Source of the DNA: an uncultured Bacteroidales bacterium
Lineage (GTDB): Bacteria; Bacteroidota; Bacteroidia; Bacteroidales; VadinHA17
Reading direction: 5' to 3'
Assembly: GCA_963730615.1 (NCBI GenBank)
Contig: CAVSSR010000006.1
Span: forward strand, 196,251 to 260,250
Length of the DNA: 64,000 bases
Shown here: in pieces, positions 9,845 to 19,871 of the stretch
Layout: each line of letters begins with the position of its first letter
How positions within the stretch are numbered: position 1 is the first letter of the stretch
The notes under the pieces: model-generated
What the model was told of the DNA's origin: nothing
Database searches by the model: none
What the model saw: only the letters and a program-made list of their open reading frames with translations
Made by a program: the position numbers and the translations under genes

Positions 9845-10627
9845 TTATTTTTTCCTCCGTCTGATCAGCAGAAATGCCAGTATCACCACAGCCAGGAAAA
9901 TGGTTATTACCCCTACTATCCTTGTGACCTGCAGAGTATATGTTTTGCTGGCAGGATTATATCCGAAACAATATTCCAGGATCTTGTTGGATGTTGGCCG
10001 GGCTATCCCTTTCTGTGCCTCGATGATTGCCATCTTAACATCAAAGGGAAGATAGGTGATGCCGTAGAGGTACCGTGTTATCTTTCCGGCAGGACTGAGT
10101 ATCGTTATCACTGCAGGATGAGCAAAGTCCAGTCCCTGAGGTTTGTACTTAAACCCGACTGCTTCAGTTATGGCGCTGATGTTCTCCTGTTCCCCGGTAA
10201 GGTAGATCCAGTCTTTCTGGTGCTCCTTGCTGATGCGCTGCACAAAATTCACTTTCTTTTCCCTGGCTTTCTCAGGGGTGTCGCTTGTGTTGAAGCTGAT
10301 GGTTATGATCTTGTAATCATCCCCGATACTCATGTCCATTTTGCTCACCACATCGGCAACACCGTCCATCAGGGGACTGCAAATGTTCGGACAGTCAAAA
10401 TAGACCAGACACAGTATTACCGGTTTGTCAATCAGCTCTCTCAGAGTGACCTTTTCGTTTTCCTCATTGTAAAACCAGAGGTCCAGCGGGATGGTGTCAC
10501 CGAGGTGTTCAACAACACCTATTTCCACATCCTTAAACTTATAGTCCGCTTTCTTTATATCCTGTGCGGTAATAACCGGCAGGATAAAAAGCAACAGGGT
10601 TGCTGCAACCAGATGTCTTGTTTTCAT
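9845..10627 (-). CDS. SCO1/SenC family copper chaperone (thioredoxin fold)
   Basis: 260 aa with an N-terminal signal/anchor, a CxxxC copper motif (CPNIC), a conserved downstream His (FAHP) and a C-terminal TM helix. Its ATG overlaps the TGA of the upstream gene (ATGA at 10624-10627). Confidence 0.85.
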   Translation of the reverse strand: MKTRHLVAATLLLFILPVITAQDIKKADYKFKDVEIGVVEHLGDTIPLDLWFYNEENEKVTLRELIDKPVILCLVYFDCPNICSPLMDGVADVVSKMDMSIGDDYKIITISFNTSDTPEKAREKKVNFVQRISKEHQKDWIYLTGEQENISAITEAVGFKYKPQGLDFAHPAVITILSPAGKITRYLYGITYLPFDVKMAIIEAQKGIARPTSNKILEYCFGYNPASKTYTLQVTRIVGVITIFLAVVILAFLLIRRRKK

Positions 10628-11973
10628 TTTTTCGTTATTTGTTTTTCATCGTCTGAATACATGCCTGCTATCATCAGTGATCCGCCCATCAGCGAGATAT
10701 CCTTAAGCAGGGCGATAAGAACCATTGGTCTGTCGGTCCCGTGAATGAGATGAGGGATATGGATTGTAAGAATAAACATGAGCAAAAGCCCTGCAAGGAT
10801 CAGCGTTGACAGCTTGACAAACTTTCTTTGTGATGATACTTATGCTCACTGCAATGAGTATCATCCCCGTCAGAATTATTGTATATCCTCCAAAAGGAAT
10901 GAATGAGGTCAGCATTCCAACGTAGTAATCCATCATCAGGAAGTGGTTGATCCCGAATATCGCAAATGGCAGGGCGAAGAGGATCCTGCCGACAGGAGTT
11001 AAGTTTTTCATATTTCTGCTTGTTTTTGATTTGTCTCCGGTTCCTGTGGGGTCATGGAGTTTACCTCTGAGTGCACTGCCAATAGTATATATATCACGCA
11101 GTTTCATCATCACCAGGAAAATAAATCCCCATACGGCAAGAACACCCAGCGTATAGGTAAGGATGATCCAGACAGGGGCTTTTCTGACATTGTTCCACAT
11201 GGCTCTTTGTGCCACCAGGCTGACAGGAACGGTTATTACACCTGCTTTAATGACGGTATCTTTTGAAACGGCACCAAATACCTCCTCATCAGTAAATTTT
11301 GCACTGATTCTGACGTTGCCGGCTGTATCACCCGGCAAGTCAACCGGGATCATGAAGACTGCATTGCCTTTGCTGTCGGTTACCTTCTCCTCATCAACAG
11401 GCAGCATGCCGAAATACCGGCCGGCAAGAAGTCTCACGCCGGCCCCGGTGACAGGGACTGTCTTCTCTTCATCGGCCGCCATGGCCATGACGGTCAGAGC
11501 GTGTTCCGCGGCGTTATAAGCTATCTTCATGCTTATCACTGCTCCGGGATAAGCTGATGAGGTGATGACCTGCATGACTTGCTGAACATAGCTTTTATTA
11601 AAACTTCTGATATATGAGACTGTCTTCCAGATATCATCAGTTGTGAGAACACTCCGGAATGAAGGCATCTGTCCTCTTCCCGTCAGTAACTTTATAGAAG
11701 ATCTCTCCGTCGCTGTTTCTCTGGATCTTATCAGTGGCAGGGTCACCGGGCGACGGGAACCAGGGCGAGGAAGTTTCCTTTCCCCGGGTTGCCATGACAT
11801 GACATGCAGTTGACGGTATAGAGTTTCTCACCCTCCTTTCTTGTCTCGTCGGAGAAAGGGAAAGTACTCAGCCTGCCTCTTTTCTCTTCCGGTACGATCC
11901 ACTCCTGGCCCCTTGTAAAGGAAGGGAACAGGATCAGGCACCAGATGACCGCAATGACGCTCTTCATATTCAC
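10624..11973 (-). CDS. monoheme cytochrome c fused to a periplasmic beta-rich region and a DoxX-like membrane domain (about 3 frameshifts)
   Basis: Signal peptide plus CMSCH heme motif are in ORF 11743..11973. The cyt c domain continues in frames 11637..11831 (PGDPATDKIQRNSDGEIFYKVTDG) and 10703..11800 (GQMPSFRSVLTTDDIWKTVSYIRSF). A TM helix follows, then the DoxX-type GRILFALPFAIFGINHF. After a shift near 10795 the C-terminus reads ...LILAGLLLMFILTIHIPHL...LKDISLMGGSLMIAG. Confidence 0.65.
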
Positions 11974-11979
11974 GTGTTG

Positions 11980-13329
11980 TTACTGGTTTTCGATGTTAAT
12001 GGATTTTTTATTGCTCTCTTCAGCCATCTCCCAGATAGGTATCACCGGAAACAGCTTTGAAAGAACGGTTATGATGATCAGTACAAGCAGTATTGAGGCC
12101 ATGGTTACAGCCGACTCAATAAGGGTTGGTTTATAAACAATCCATTCAGGCGGAACATACTGTATCGGCAGGTTCGGATGAGCCTGCGGAGGGATAACGA
12201 TGATAAGCCTCTTGAGCCATGAGGCGGCAAGCACGATCAGGGATATGATGAGCATTGGCAACGGTCTGCGCATTTTTTTGAACAGCAGCAGGATAATGGG
12301 AACTATCAATCCGAGGATCTGGATACCCCAGAAAAGCGGAGCAAAGTGTCCGGTGAACAGTTCGCGGAGATGGATTGCATCAGCGGTCTTCAGCTTGTAC
12401 CCGGGCACAAGGAACTCGTTCAGGTTAAAATAGAGATATACTATTGACACGAGTACCAGCACCCTGCCGATCTTTTCGAAATGCTCTTCCGTAAGGTACT
12501 TCTCGAGCCTGTAATTTACCCTGAAGAAATACATGGCAATGATCACTGCCGCCGTCCCTGATACAAAAGCGCCAGAAATGAAGTAGGGCCCGAAGATCGT
12601 GCTGTCCCAGCCTGTCCTGGGCGTAACGGCAAAGAGCCATGATGTCACAGTGTGAATGGCAAAGGCCGTCGGGATGATGAGTATCAGAAGTATCCGTACA
12701 GCCTGTTTCATTATTTTGTACTGTGCCTCATGGTGCTCCCACCTGAATGAAAGAATCTCATATGCTTTCACAAGGAATGCAGGTCTTCCTTCCATCCTGC
12801 TCCTTGAAATGGCAAGGTCGGGTATGAGCGGAAAGAACCATAGCAGCAGGCTCAGGACAAAATATGTAGTCACAACGGTCACATCCCATAGAATGGGAGA
12901 CTGTACACGTCCGAACATAAACACATAGGGCAGTCTGTCAGGACGACCCATGTCAGATATGATCACCAGCCCGGCTACGGCGGCAAAGGCAATGGCAATT
13001 ATTTCGGCAATACGTGAAATCGGTTTGACCCACTGGTAGCCAATCATTCCGAGGACTGAGCTGATCAGCATACCCACAAGGCTGGTCGCCACAAAGAAGA
13101 CGAAGTTGGCGATGTACATTCCCCAGCTTGTGAAGTCACGCAGTCCGGTAACCCCAAGCCCCTTCCTCAGCTGAATTGTATAAGCCAGGAGGCACAGGGC
13201 CAGAAGGGTGAGAAGAAATCCCATCCAGAGTATAAAACCCTTGTTTATTCTTACATTTCTTAATACATCCGCAGCAATGGAATCAATTTTCCTCTGTTCT
13301 TCAGGAGTGTTGAAACGGGTTTCCTCCAT
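11980..13329 (-). CDS. NrfD/PsrC-family polytopic quinol-interacting membrane subunit (ActC-like)
   Basis: 449-aa intact ORF with about 10 TM helices. It sits immediately downstream of a Tat-exported 4Fe-4S protein, which is the NrfCD/PsrBC/ActBC gene-pair arrangement. Confidence 0.75.
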   Translation of the reverse strand: MEETRFNTPEEQRKIDSIAADVLRNVRINKGFILWMGFLLTLLALCLLAYTIQLRKGLGVTGLRDFTSWGMYIANFVFFVATSLVGMLISSVLGMIGYQWVKPISRIAEIIAIAFAAVAGLVIISDMGRPDRLPYVFMFGRVQSPILWDVTVVTTYFVLSLLLWFFPLIPDLAISRSRMEGRPAFLVKAYEILSFRWEHHEAQYKIMKQAVRILLILIIPTAFAIHTVTSWLFAVTPRTGWDSTIFGPYFISGAFVSGTAAVIIAMYFFRVNYRLEKYLTEEHFEKIGRVLVLVSIVYLYFNLNEFLVPGYKLKTADAIHLRELFTGHFAPLFWGIQILGLIVPIILLLFKKMRRPLPMLIISLIVLAASWLKRLIIVIPPQAHPNLPIQYVPPEWIVYKPTLIESAVTMASILLVLIIITVLSKLFPVIPIWEMAEESNKKSINIENQ

Positions 13330-13341
13330 AATGTTGCCTGT

Positions 13342-14320
13342 TTAGATCGTTTCTTCCTTATATTCTTTACTCTCACCCTTTTCAAAGTCGAACAGCCTGT
13401 TCTTGGGAGGCAGGTAATATATCCTCGGTTTTGTTCCAAGCTCGGGCATGAGCCTGTATGCCCCGTTCTTTTCCAGCAGTTCGCTCAGCCGTACCGTTTC
13501 TTTGGTAGTTCCGTTGGTGACGGCATCTTCGTTCTCATCACCGAAGTAATACACTCCGTTGGGGCAGGCTGTGACACAGTAGGGGAGTATTCCTTCGCGC
13601 AGCCTGTCGGCACTGAAGAGGCACTTGGTGACTGTTCCCTTCTTATGTGGCACGTTCAGCTCCACATCATACTCCAGGTCTTTGTCAGCCTCTGCCATCG
13701 AGGGTTCCTGCCAGTGAAAGATCCTGGCCGAGTAGGGGCAGGCAGCGATGCAAAACCGGCACCCGATGCAGCGTTCATTGTCGATAAGCACAATGCCGTC
13801 CTGCCTCTTGAAGGTGGCATCAACAGGACAGACAGAGACACATGGCGGATTGTCGCAGTGCTGGCATTGTTTGGGCATGAAATAGGTTGGCGTATTTGAC
13901 AGATTCCTGCATGACCAGCGTGTTGAGGTGGTACTCATAAGGGCGCAGGTGATGTGCATGCTGGCACGCCTCAACACATTTCCTCGCATTTCTGCATCTT
14001 GAAAGATCGATCACCATGACCCACTTTCTGCCGCTGATACCCTCACGGCCCCGGCCCTGCAGCATCTTCAGATCAGGCTTGAAATCCTTCATCTGCTCAA
14101 CGGGTATCTCAACAAGCCGGTTGTCCTCGGTAAGAACCCTGACCATGCCTTCCCGGTGCTTCCCTTTTTCAAAACGGTGACCGGAGTATACGGCTGCAGC
14201 ACCTGTGACTGTCACTGCTCCGGCAATGGTGACCTTACGGATAAAATCGCGTCTCGACGTTTCGATTACCTTATCCAGGTCAGGCTTTCCATCATCCTTC
14301 TCCTGCTTCTCTTTCGACAT
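13342..14320 (-). CDS. Tat-exported 4Fe-4S ferredoxin-type subunit (NrfC/HybA/ActB2-like; one frameshift)
   Basis: ORF 13820..14320 carries the Tat signal SRRDFIRKVTIAGAV and the first cluster motif CRNARKCVEAC. ORF 13342..13989 continues with CQHCDNPPCVSVCP, CIGCRFCIAACP and CVTACP. The frames switch near 13900. Confidence 0.8.
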
Positions 14321-14341
14321 AATGGATTAATTGAGGTGGAA

Positions 14342-14708
14342 CTAAAGTGTGGTATATTTCAGATCAGTCGGCAACTTCGTCTCTGCAGGAGAAACCTTCA
14401 GAGCAGTATAACCCGCACCGTCAACAACCTCTTTTATTTTAAGCAGTGTCAACTTTGCCGGGCTCATACTCGATGACAGCATTTCCCTTCAGGTATGAAG
14501 CTGTAACTGATATTATTCCTGGCACCTTGCCGAGATTTGTCTGAATTGTATTTTCGCATCCGGTGCAGGTCATTCCTCCGATTGACAATTCAATGGTTGT
14601 GGTTGCTGCAGGCGCAGCCTTGACTTCCTTTGTTTTCCCGCCGCCGCACGAAGAAACGAGCAGCAACAAACCAAGGAGGAAACCTGCTGTTAATTTTGAA
14701 CTGGTCAT
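14342..14708 (-). CDS. heavy-metal-associated (HMA) domain lipoprotein, copper chaperone-like (one frameshift)
   Basis: Lipoprotein signal LLLVSSCGG and metal-binding motif GMTCTGCE are in ORF 14439..14708. After a shift near 14445 the HMA fold is completed in another frame (LLKIKEVVDGAGYTALKV), with a stop at 14342. It is the first gene of the respiratory operon. Confidence 0.7.
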
Positions 14709-14966
14709 AATTCAGGTATTTAGGTTAGTTATCTAATCAATCAATCAGGCTCCATAAATGTATAAAATTTTATTTCACCTTGGGAAATATCTCAAATTTC
14801 AGTAAAAAGTATTCAGGTTGTTCAGGTATCCGGGGACAGAAGAAGCATCACAATTGTCTCCTTCTTCATTAAATCTTCATAATTACAGAATATTTTCGCC
14901 TGGTATGTTGCAAGCAGGCATCAGTATCTGAAACCTTCTTTCTTTAAATAAGTCCGTTTTATTGAT

Positions 14967-15005
14967 GAAGACTGCCGGGCCCCCAAGCCGGCAGTCTTCT
15001 TTTTC
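14967..15005. terminator. perfect 12-bp GC-rich hairpin with flanking T/A runs (bidirectional terminator candidate)
   Basis: GAAGACTGCCGG (14967-14978) pairs with CCGGCAGTCTTC (14988-14999). TTTTT follows on the + strand. The hairpin lies 13 nt downstream of the prolyl oligopeptidase stop (15013). Confidence 0.6.
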
Positions 15006-15012
15006 AGGACTT

Positions 15013-17117
15013 TTACTTGTTAATCAGCTTCTTATTAAGGTAGCAATACATCAGGGCCCATATGTCAGCCTCCTGTGCATTGGTGGAAGCAGCCCCGTGA
15101 CCACCCTCAATTGTCTCATGATAGTAAACCGGGTGACCCATGCCAATCATCTTCGCTGCCATCTTCCGTGCATGGCCCGGGTGCACCCTGTCATCCTTGG
15201 TTGAGGTAATGAAGAGCGGCTCGGGATATCTGGTTTTTTTGTTCACATTCTGATACGGGGAGAACTTGCTGATGTATGCCCAGTCCTCAGGATTATCAGG
15301 ATTACCGTACTCATCCATCCAGCTGGCACCGGCAAGCATGTGAGAGTAGCGTTTCATATCGAGCAGAGGCGCACCTATTACCACTGCATTATAAAGATCA
15401 GGTCTCTGTGTCAGTGCCACACCGGCGAGCAGCCCTCCGTTACTCCATCCGAAAGCACCCAGGTACTCCGGGGAGGTTATCTTTTTACTTATAATATCTT
15501 CAGCAACGGCAAAGAAATCGTCATATGCATTCTGACGTTTTTCCTTAAGTGCTGCATGGTGCCATGCAGGACCAAATTCACCTCCGCCACGGATGTTGGC
15601 GATGACATAAACACCCCCCTGCGCAAGCCAGCCAATGCCGGTTACTGAACTATATACCGGCTGTTCAGGAATATTGAATCCGCCATAACCATATATCAGT
15701 GTCGGATTTTTGCCATCATAGACCATATCTTTCGGGTGAACAATAAAATATGGAATTGCAGTCCCGTCTTTTGAAATTGCCTCATATTGATTTACTTCCA
15801 TCCCTGATGCATCAAAATATGTCCTTCTGTTTCTTAAGCGCGTGATTTTGTTGCCATCACCGTAATACAAAGTTGAGGGTGTCAACGGATTACTGAAAGA
15901 GAAGAAGTAGTCATCAGTCTGATCATCTGAACTGACAAGTGAGACCGTTCCGAATTCAGGTACAGGAACAGCATTCTCCACCCATTTTCCACCTTCGGAG
16001 CGAAAAATCTTCAGTTTGCCCTGCACATTTTCCATTGTGGAAACCACTACAAAATCTTTTGCTGATAAAACCGAGACAAAGCTGGTCCGTTCTTCAGGCT
16101 GATAGATTGTTCTTACCAGAAATTTTGCCGGCAAGAAAACCGGGAAGATCATAAGCTGACAAGTGATCCGGATTTGTATGTTTCATTCTCTATACTCCAG
16201 TCCGACTGAAGATAAAGAAGCACATCGTCTCCGTGCATACCGTAAAAATTTGCGTCTGCCGGAACCTCAATTCTTCGAAGGCCTTCAGACTGTAAAGAGG
16301 AAAGGCTCAGTCTCATAGAATCCTTTTCTTAAATCCAGCGAAGGCATACTGTTTGCCTCTGACGTTCATGCTACTGACAAAAATTCCCATTGTGGCGGTG
16401 TCTGTTGTAAGCAGTGTTTCTGCTCCGGCAGGATCAGCACCTCTTTTCCAAAGTTTTACTATTGAAGGATATCCTGATGTGGTCATTGTTCCGGGACCGT
16501 AATTTGTCGCTACGAGAATATTGTTCTCATCAATCCATGCCGGCGCTGCCCTTGCTCTCGCTGACCGTGAAACCGCCGGTCACAAATGTTTTTGTTGAAG
16601 CATCGAATTCCCTTATCACACTTTCGTCCTTCCCGCCGTCGGAGAGGTTTAGCAGGCAGAGGTTATACTCCGGACCAAGCCAGGTGGCTCCGCCAAACAC
16701 CCATTTCCTGTTTTCCTCTGCTGAAAGCTTGTCGAGGTCAAGAACTACCTCCCAGTCATTTTTCCCATTCAGAAAATCTTCTTTTGACATCCTCCTCCAT
16801 ATACCGCGTTCGTTCTTTTCGTCCTGCCACAGATTATAAACATTATTACCGACCATATCAGGATAGATCACCCTTTCCTTGTCATTAAACACCGTCAGGA
16901 ACTTGTCTCTCAGTTCAGTGAAGAGAGGCAGGCTGGTGAAGGCTTCATCCGAGATCTTGTTCTGTGCTCTTGCCCAGTCGAGAGCCTTTTCTCCCTCAAT
17001 CTCCTCAAGCCAGAGATAAGGATCGGCACTCTCTGAAGAATTGTTTTTTTCTCCTCCGCAACCTGTCAGGGAGAGCAGCAAGGTTATCATAGCAGTAAGC
17101 GTAAGTAGTTTTTTCAT
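15013..17117 (-). CDS. prolyl oligopeptidase (peptidase S9A), lipoprotein (frame broken at least twice between 16152 and 16530)
   Basis: The N-terminal piece is 16530..17117 (signal LLLSLTGCGG, beta-propeller start). The C-terminal catalytic piece is 15013..16152 (GWSNGG nucleophile elbow, DDRV, GGHG). The 16152-16530 gap translates as the propeller in shifting frames. Confidence 0.85.
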
Positions 17118-17837
17118 TTTCTGTTTGTTTGAATTATTATTTTCAGTGTAGCAGCTATAATCATCAATTCTCCGGTTATGAAGAGGAACCAGTTATATGT
17201 ATCAGGTACATAATTTGTTATCATATTAATCAACTGCTCCCTGGTGCCGGAGGAGTTTTCTGATGCAAGTACGCCGCTGTCAATGGTCAGTTTCATATAA
17301 TCAACCATAAAGGTGAATAGGATTATTGCCGCACCTGCGGCGATCAGTATCCAGTCAAGCGGTCGTGAATCAACTGTAAAACCTTTTTCCTGTTTTCCGA
17401 TTATCAATACTGCCATCACGATCATCGTCACGGAACATATTACCGGAGCAAGAACAGGACTAAGCCATGATACAGGGTATCAGGAAAAGCAGATCCCAGG
17501 TGAGGAGGGAGGCCGGCCAGCCTATGAGAAGCTTCAGGGCGACATAATAAAAGATGTCCCATACTCCGAATGCAAACAGAAAATACATTAGCCTCTGGAG
17601 ATTGTTTCTGCCTGCAATGATGCCCACAGCCGCCAGCATGATCAGTGTGGTGATCTCCCTGATCCATTCAATGCTGACCAGCTCCGGTGGCATCATCTTC
17701 AGCGGAAAATCAAATCCCTGAGGATAGTACAATTCCCGGAGGTAAATGACAACAATGCCTTCCAGGAAGCCCATTGCCACGGCGAAAACGGCCAGCCAGA
17801 CAAACCTGGACCGGTAACTTAAATCAAAGTTTTTCAC
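17114..17837 (-). CDS. polytopic membrane protein of unknown function (one frameshift near 17465)
   Basis: ORFs 17460..17837 and 17114..17431 are both hydrophobic. They join as ...LLFLIPV-WLSPVLAPVICSVTMIVMAVLII when shifted by 1 nt. The stop overlaps the oligopeptidase ATG (ATGA at 17114-17117). Confidence 0.45.
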
Positions 17838-17860
17838 GACAGAAATTATGTGCCGTTAAA

Positions 17861-18620
17861 TTACAAAATATATGGAAAAATGGCTTTTCGCTCCTGAGGA
17901 TAATCGGCAAAACGGCTCTTGTACCACTTGTGATGCGAAAGTGCGCGCGGCACCAGGTTGCAGAAGGTCCAGATGAAAAAGGAAAACGCAGGAAGAGACC
18001 AGCATAGGATTGCGTATCCGCCCCATTCAATTATCTCTCCGAAGAAAGTTGGGACATGATACCTTTTCGAAGTATCCTCCGCGCGGTATCTGATAGTCAC
18101 CGTTTCTTTTCTTCCTCAGGTGGATCAGCTTCTCATCGGAAGATATGTTTATTGCCATTCCTGTGATGAAGATAATCAGCCCGGCAATGAAGCGCGGATC
18201 TCTCAGCCAGCCGTTGTGAAATGTGTATGAAGTGAACCTGCATAATAACCCAGGAAGCCGGCATTCATTAAATTGAAGAAGACGGCCATGAGTGCTATCA
18301 CCAGCGGCATCTGCTTGCCTCTGACCCGTATCCGCCACGGAAAGATCACCGCCCTGTTGATGTAGTGAGCGACGTATAAGGAGGCAATGATCCAGACTGT
18401 CACTGTTTTCTCAGCTGTTCCGGTAAATATAAAAGACAAGAAATACTATCAGGGCCGGGACTTCCATAATAAACCATCCGATCCTGTCGGGGATGGTCAC
18501 TCCCCATTTTTTATTCGAGTGCCTGCCGTAGGGGGCGGTCACGAACATAAGAACGAGGAAAATTATCAGGGCAATGACTGTCCAGAGCCAGACTAACAGG
18601 TCAAATGTCGGTTTATCCAT
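17861..18620 (-). pseudogene. 3-oxo-5-alpha-steroid 4-dehydrogenase (steroid 5-alpha-reductase/DUF1295-like) family membrane protein, split into 4 frames
   Basis: Four overlapping ORFs (18411..18620, 18203..18439, 18027..18338, 17861..18100) read consecutively as one SRD5A-like protein. Recognisable stretches are ...APYGRH..., YINRAVIFPWR, GDYQIPRGGYFEKVSCPNF and FGEIIEWGGYAI...HHKWYKSRFADYP. Confidence 0.75.
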
Positions 18621-19596
18621 CAGATGTATTTGTTTTCTTTAAACCAGTTTATTGTATCTGCCATGGTCTCTTCAAATGGACGGGGATTGAAGCCAAGAGC
18701 CTTCTGCTGCCTTCTACTGTGAGATATTCCTGTGGCTGTGCTTTAGTGTCTCAAGCGACATTGCAGTGTACAAGGGAATACTCTCGTAATCGTTGCATGG
18801 AGATTCAGGAATATTGCACCAAGGGAGGCAATCTGACACCGGCAGACAGAGCCATGGGGCTTTATGACCTCCCAGTTTTTCAATTGTAGCAGCCATTGTT
18901 TTCAGGCTTTACCAGTTCCAGCCAAGTAAATAACACTCCCCGGGTACGCCGAGTTCAATAGCATTTATTGCAGCAAGCAAACATCCCTGACATCCACCCA
19001 GTTATATCCACCGGGTAGAAGGCTTGGGTTCTGTCCTTTGATAAAATCTGATGATTGCATTGCCAAGCAGAGAGGGTTTAAAATCATTGGGTCCTATGAT
19101 TGCTGTCGGATTTAGGACTACAACTTCAAGCTCGTGGTGATGATGCTTCAATCATTATCTTCTGACCCATGGCTTTGGAACATTCATAAGATACCCCGCT
19201 GCCAGGGCAAGACTACGTGTTTCATCCAGTTCGATGTCAAGAGGCTCATGGTTAAATGCATGTATTGAACTGAAATGAATTATTCTTCTGACACCTTCAG
19301 CTTTTGCTGCCTGAATGAGATTGGCACAACTGTCAACATTTATCAGATGGCAATTTTTATCGTTCTTTCGGATGCTTATGTAGCTGCGAGATGAAATACT
19401 ATTTCACAGCCGCTGAACATAGCTTTCTGAGATCAGCCTCACTGTTATTTCACCGTTCACAAATTCGAGACCAAGATCCTCAATGCCCTTTTTTACTATT
19501 GTGTATCAGGGCTTTAACTTCATGACCCCGTTCAATTAGCATTCTGCACAGGTTTGCGCCCACATGTCCTGAAGCGCCGGTAACAGCTATTTTCAT
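18620..19596 (-). pseudogene. NAD-dependent epimerase/dehydratase (extended SDR, cinnamoyl-CoA/dihydroflavonol reductase-like), at least 6 frameshifts
   Basis: Minus strand from the ATG at 19596 gives MKIAVTGASGHVGANLCRMLIERGHEVKALI (Rossmann GxxGxxG). Recognisable segments follow in alternating frames (CEIVFHLAA, NVDSCANLIQAAKAEGVRRIIHFSS). No ORF of 60 aa or more survives between 18896 and 19596. The first break is at a T6 run (19489-19494). Confidence 0.75.
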
Positions 19597-19871
19597 TTTA
19601 AATCATAAAAAGACTGTCAAATATAAGCCTTTATTCATACGGGAGATGAGCGACTTTACTGCATAATATCACATACCGGTTCTGACCGCCCGTTTTAAGG
19701 GCTGATTTTGAAAAGGATCTTATTACATAATTGTGACATAATGGAAGTGCCGCTTTCCGTACTTTTCAACATTCAGTCAACCAAAACATGACAGCTAAAA
19801 TATTTCGTTATATTGGTCTCTGTATTTATTTTATAAACCCCGGATAAATTAAATATTTATTTTATTTAAAA

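Noticed and set aside
16152-16530. An apparent gap between two peptidase ORFs, considered as an intergenic region between two genes
   Set aside because: The gap translates in shifting frames as the continuation of the prolyl oligopeptidase beta-propeller. The two ORFs are N- and C-terminal parts of one S9A enzyme.
18896-19596. A 700-nt stretch without any ORF of 60 aa or more, considered as a non-coding or regulatory island
   Set aside because: Piecewise translation shows it is the N-terminal two-thirds of an SDR epimerase/dehydratase (GASGHVGANL Rossmann motif) interrupted by multiple indels.
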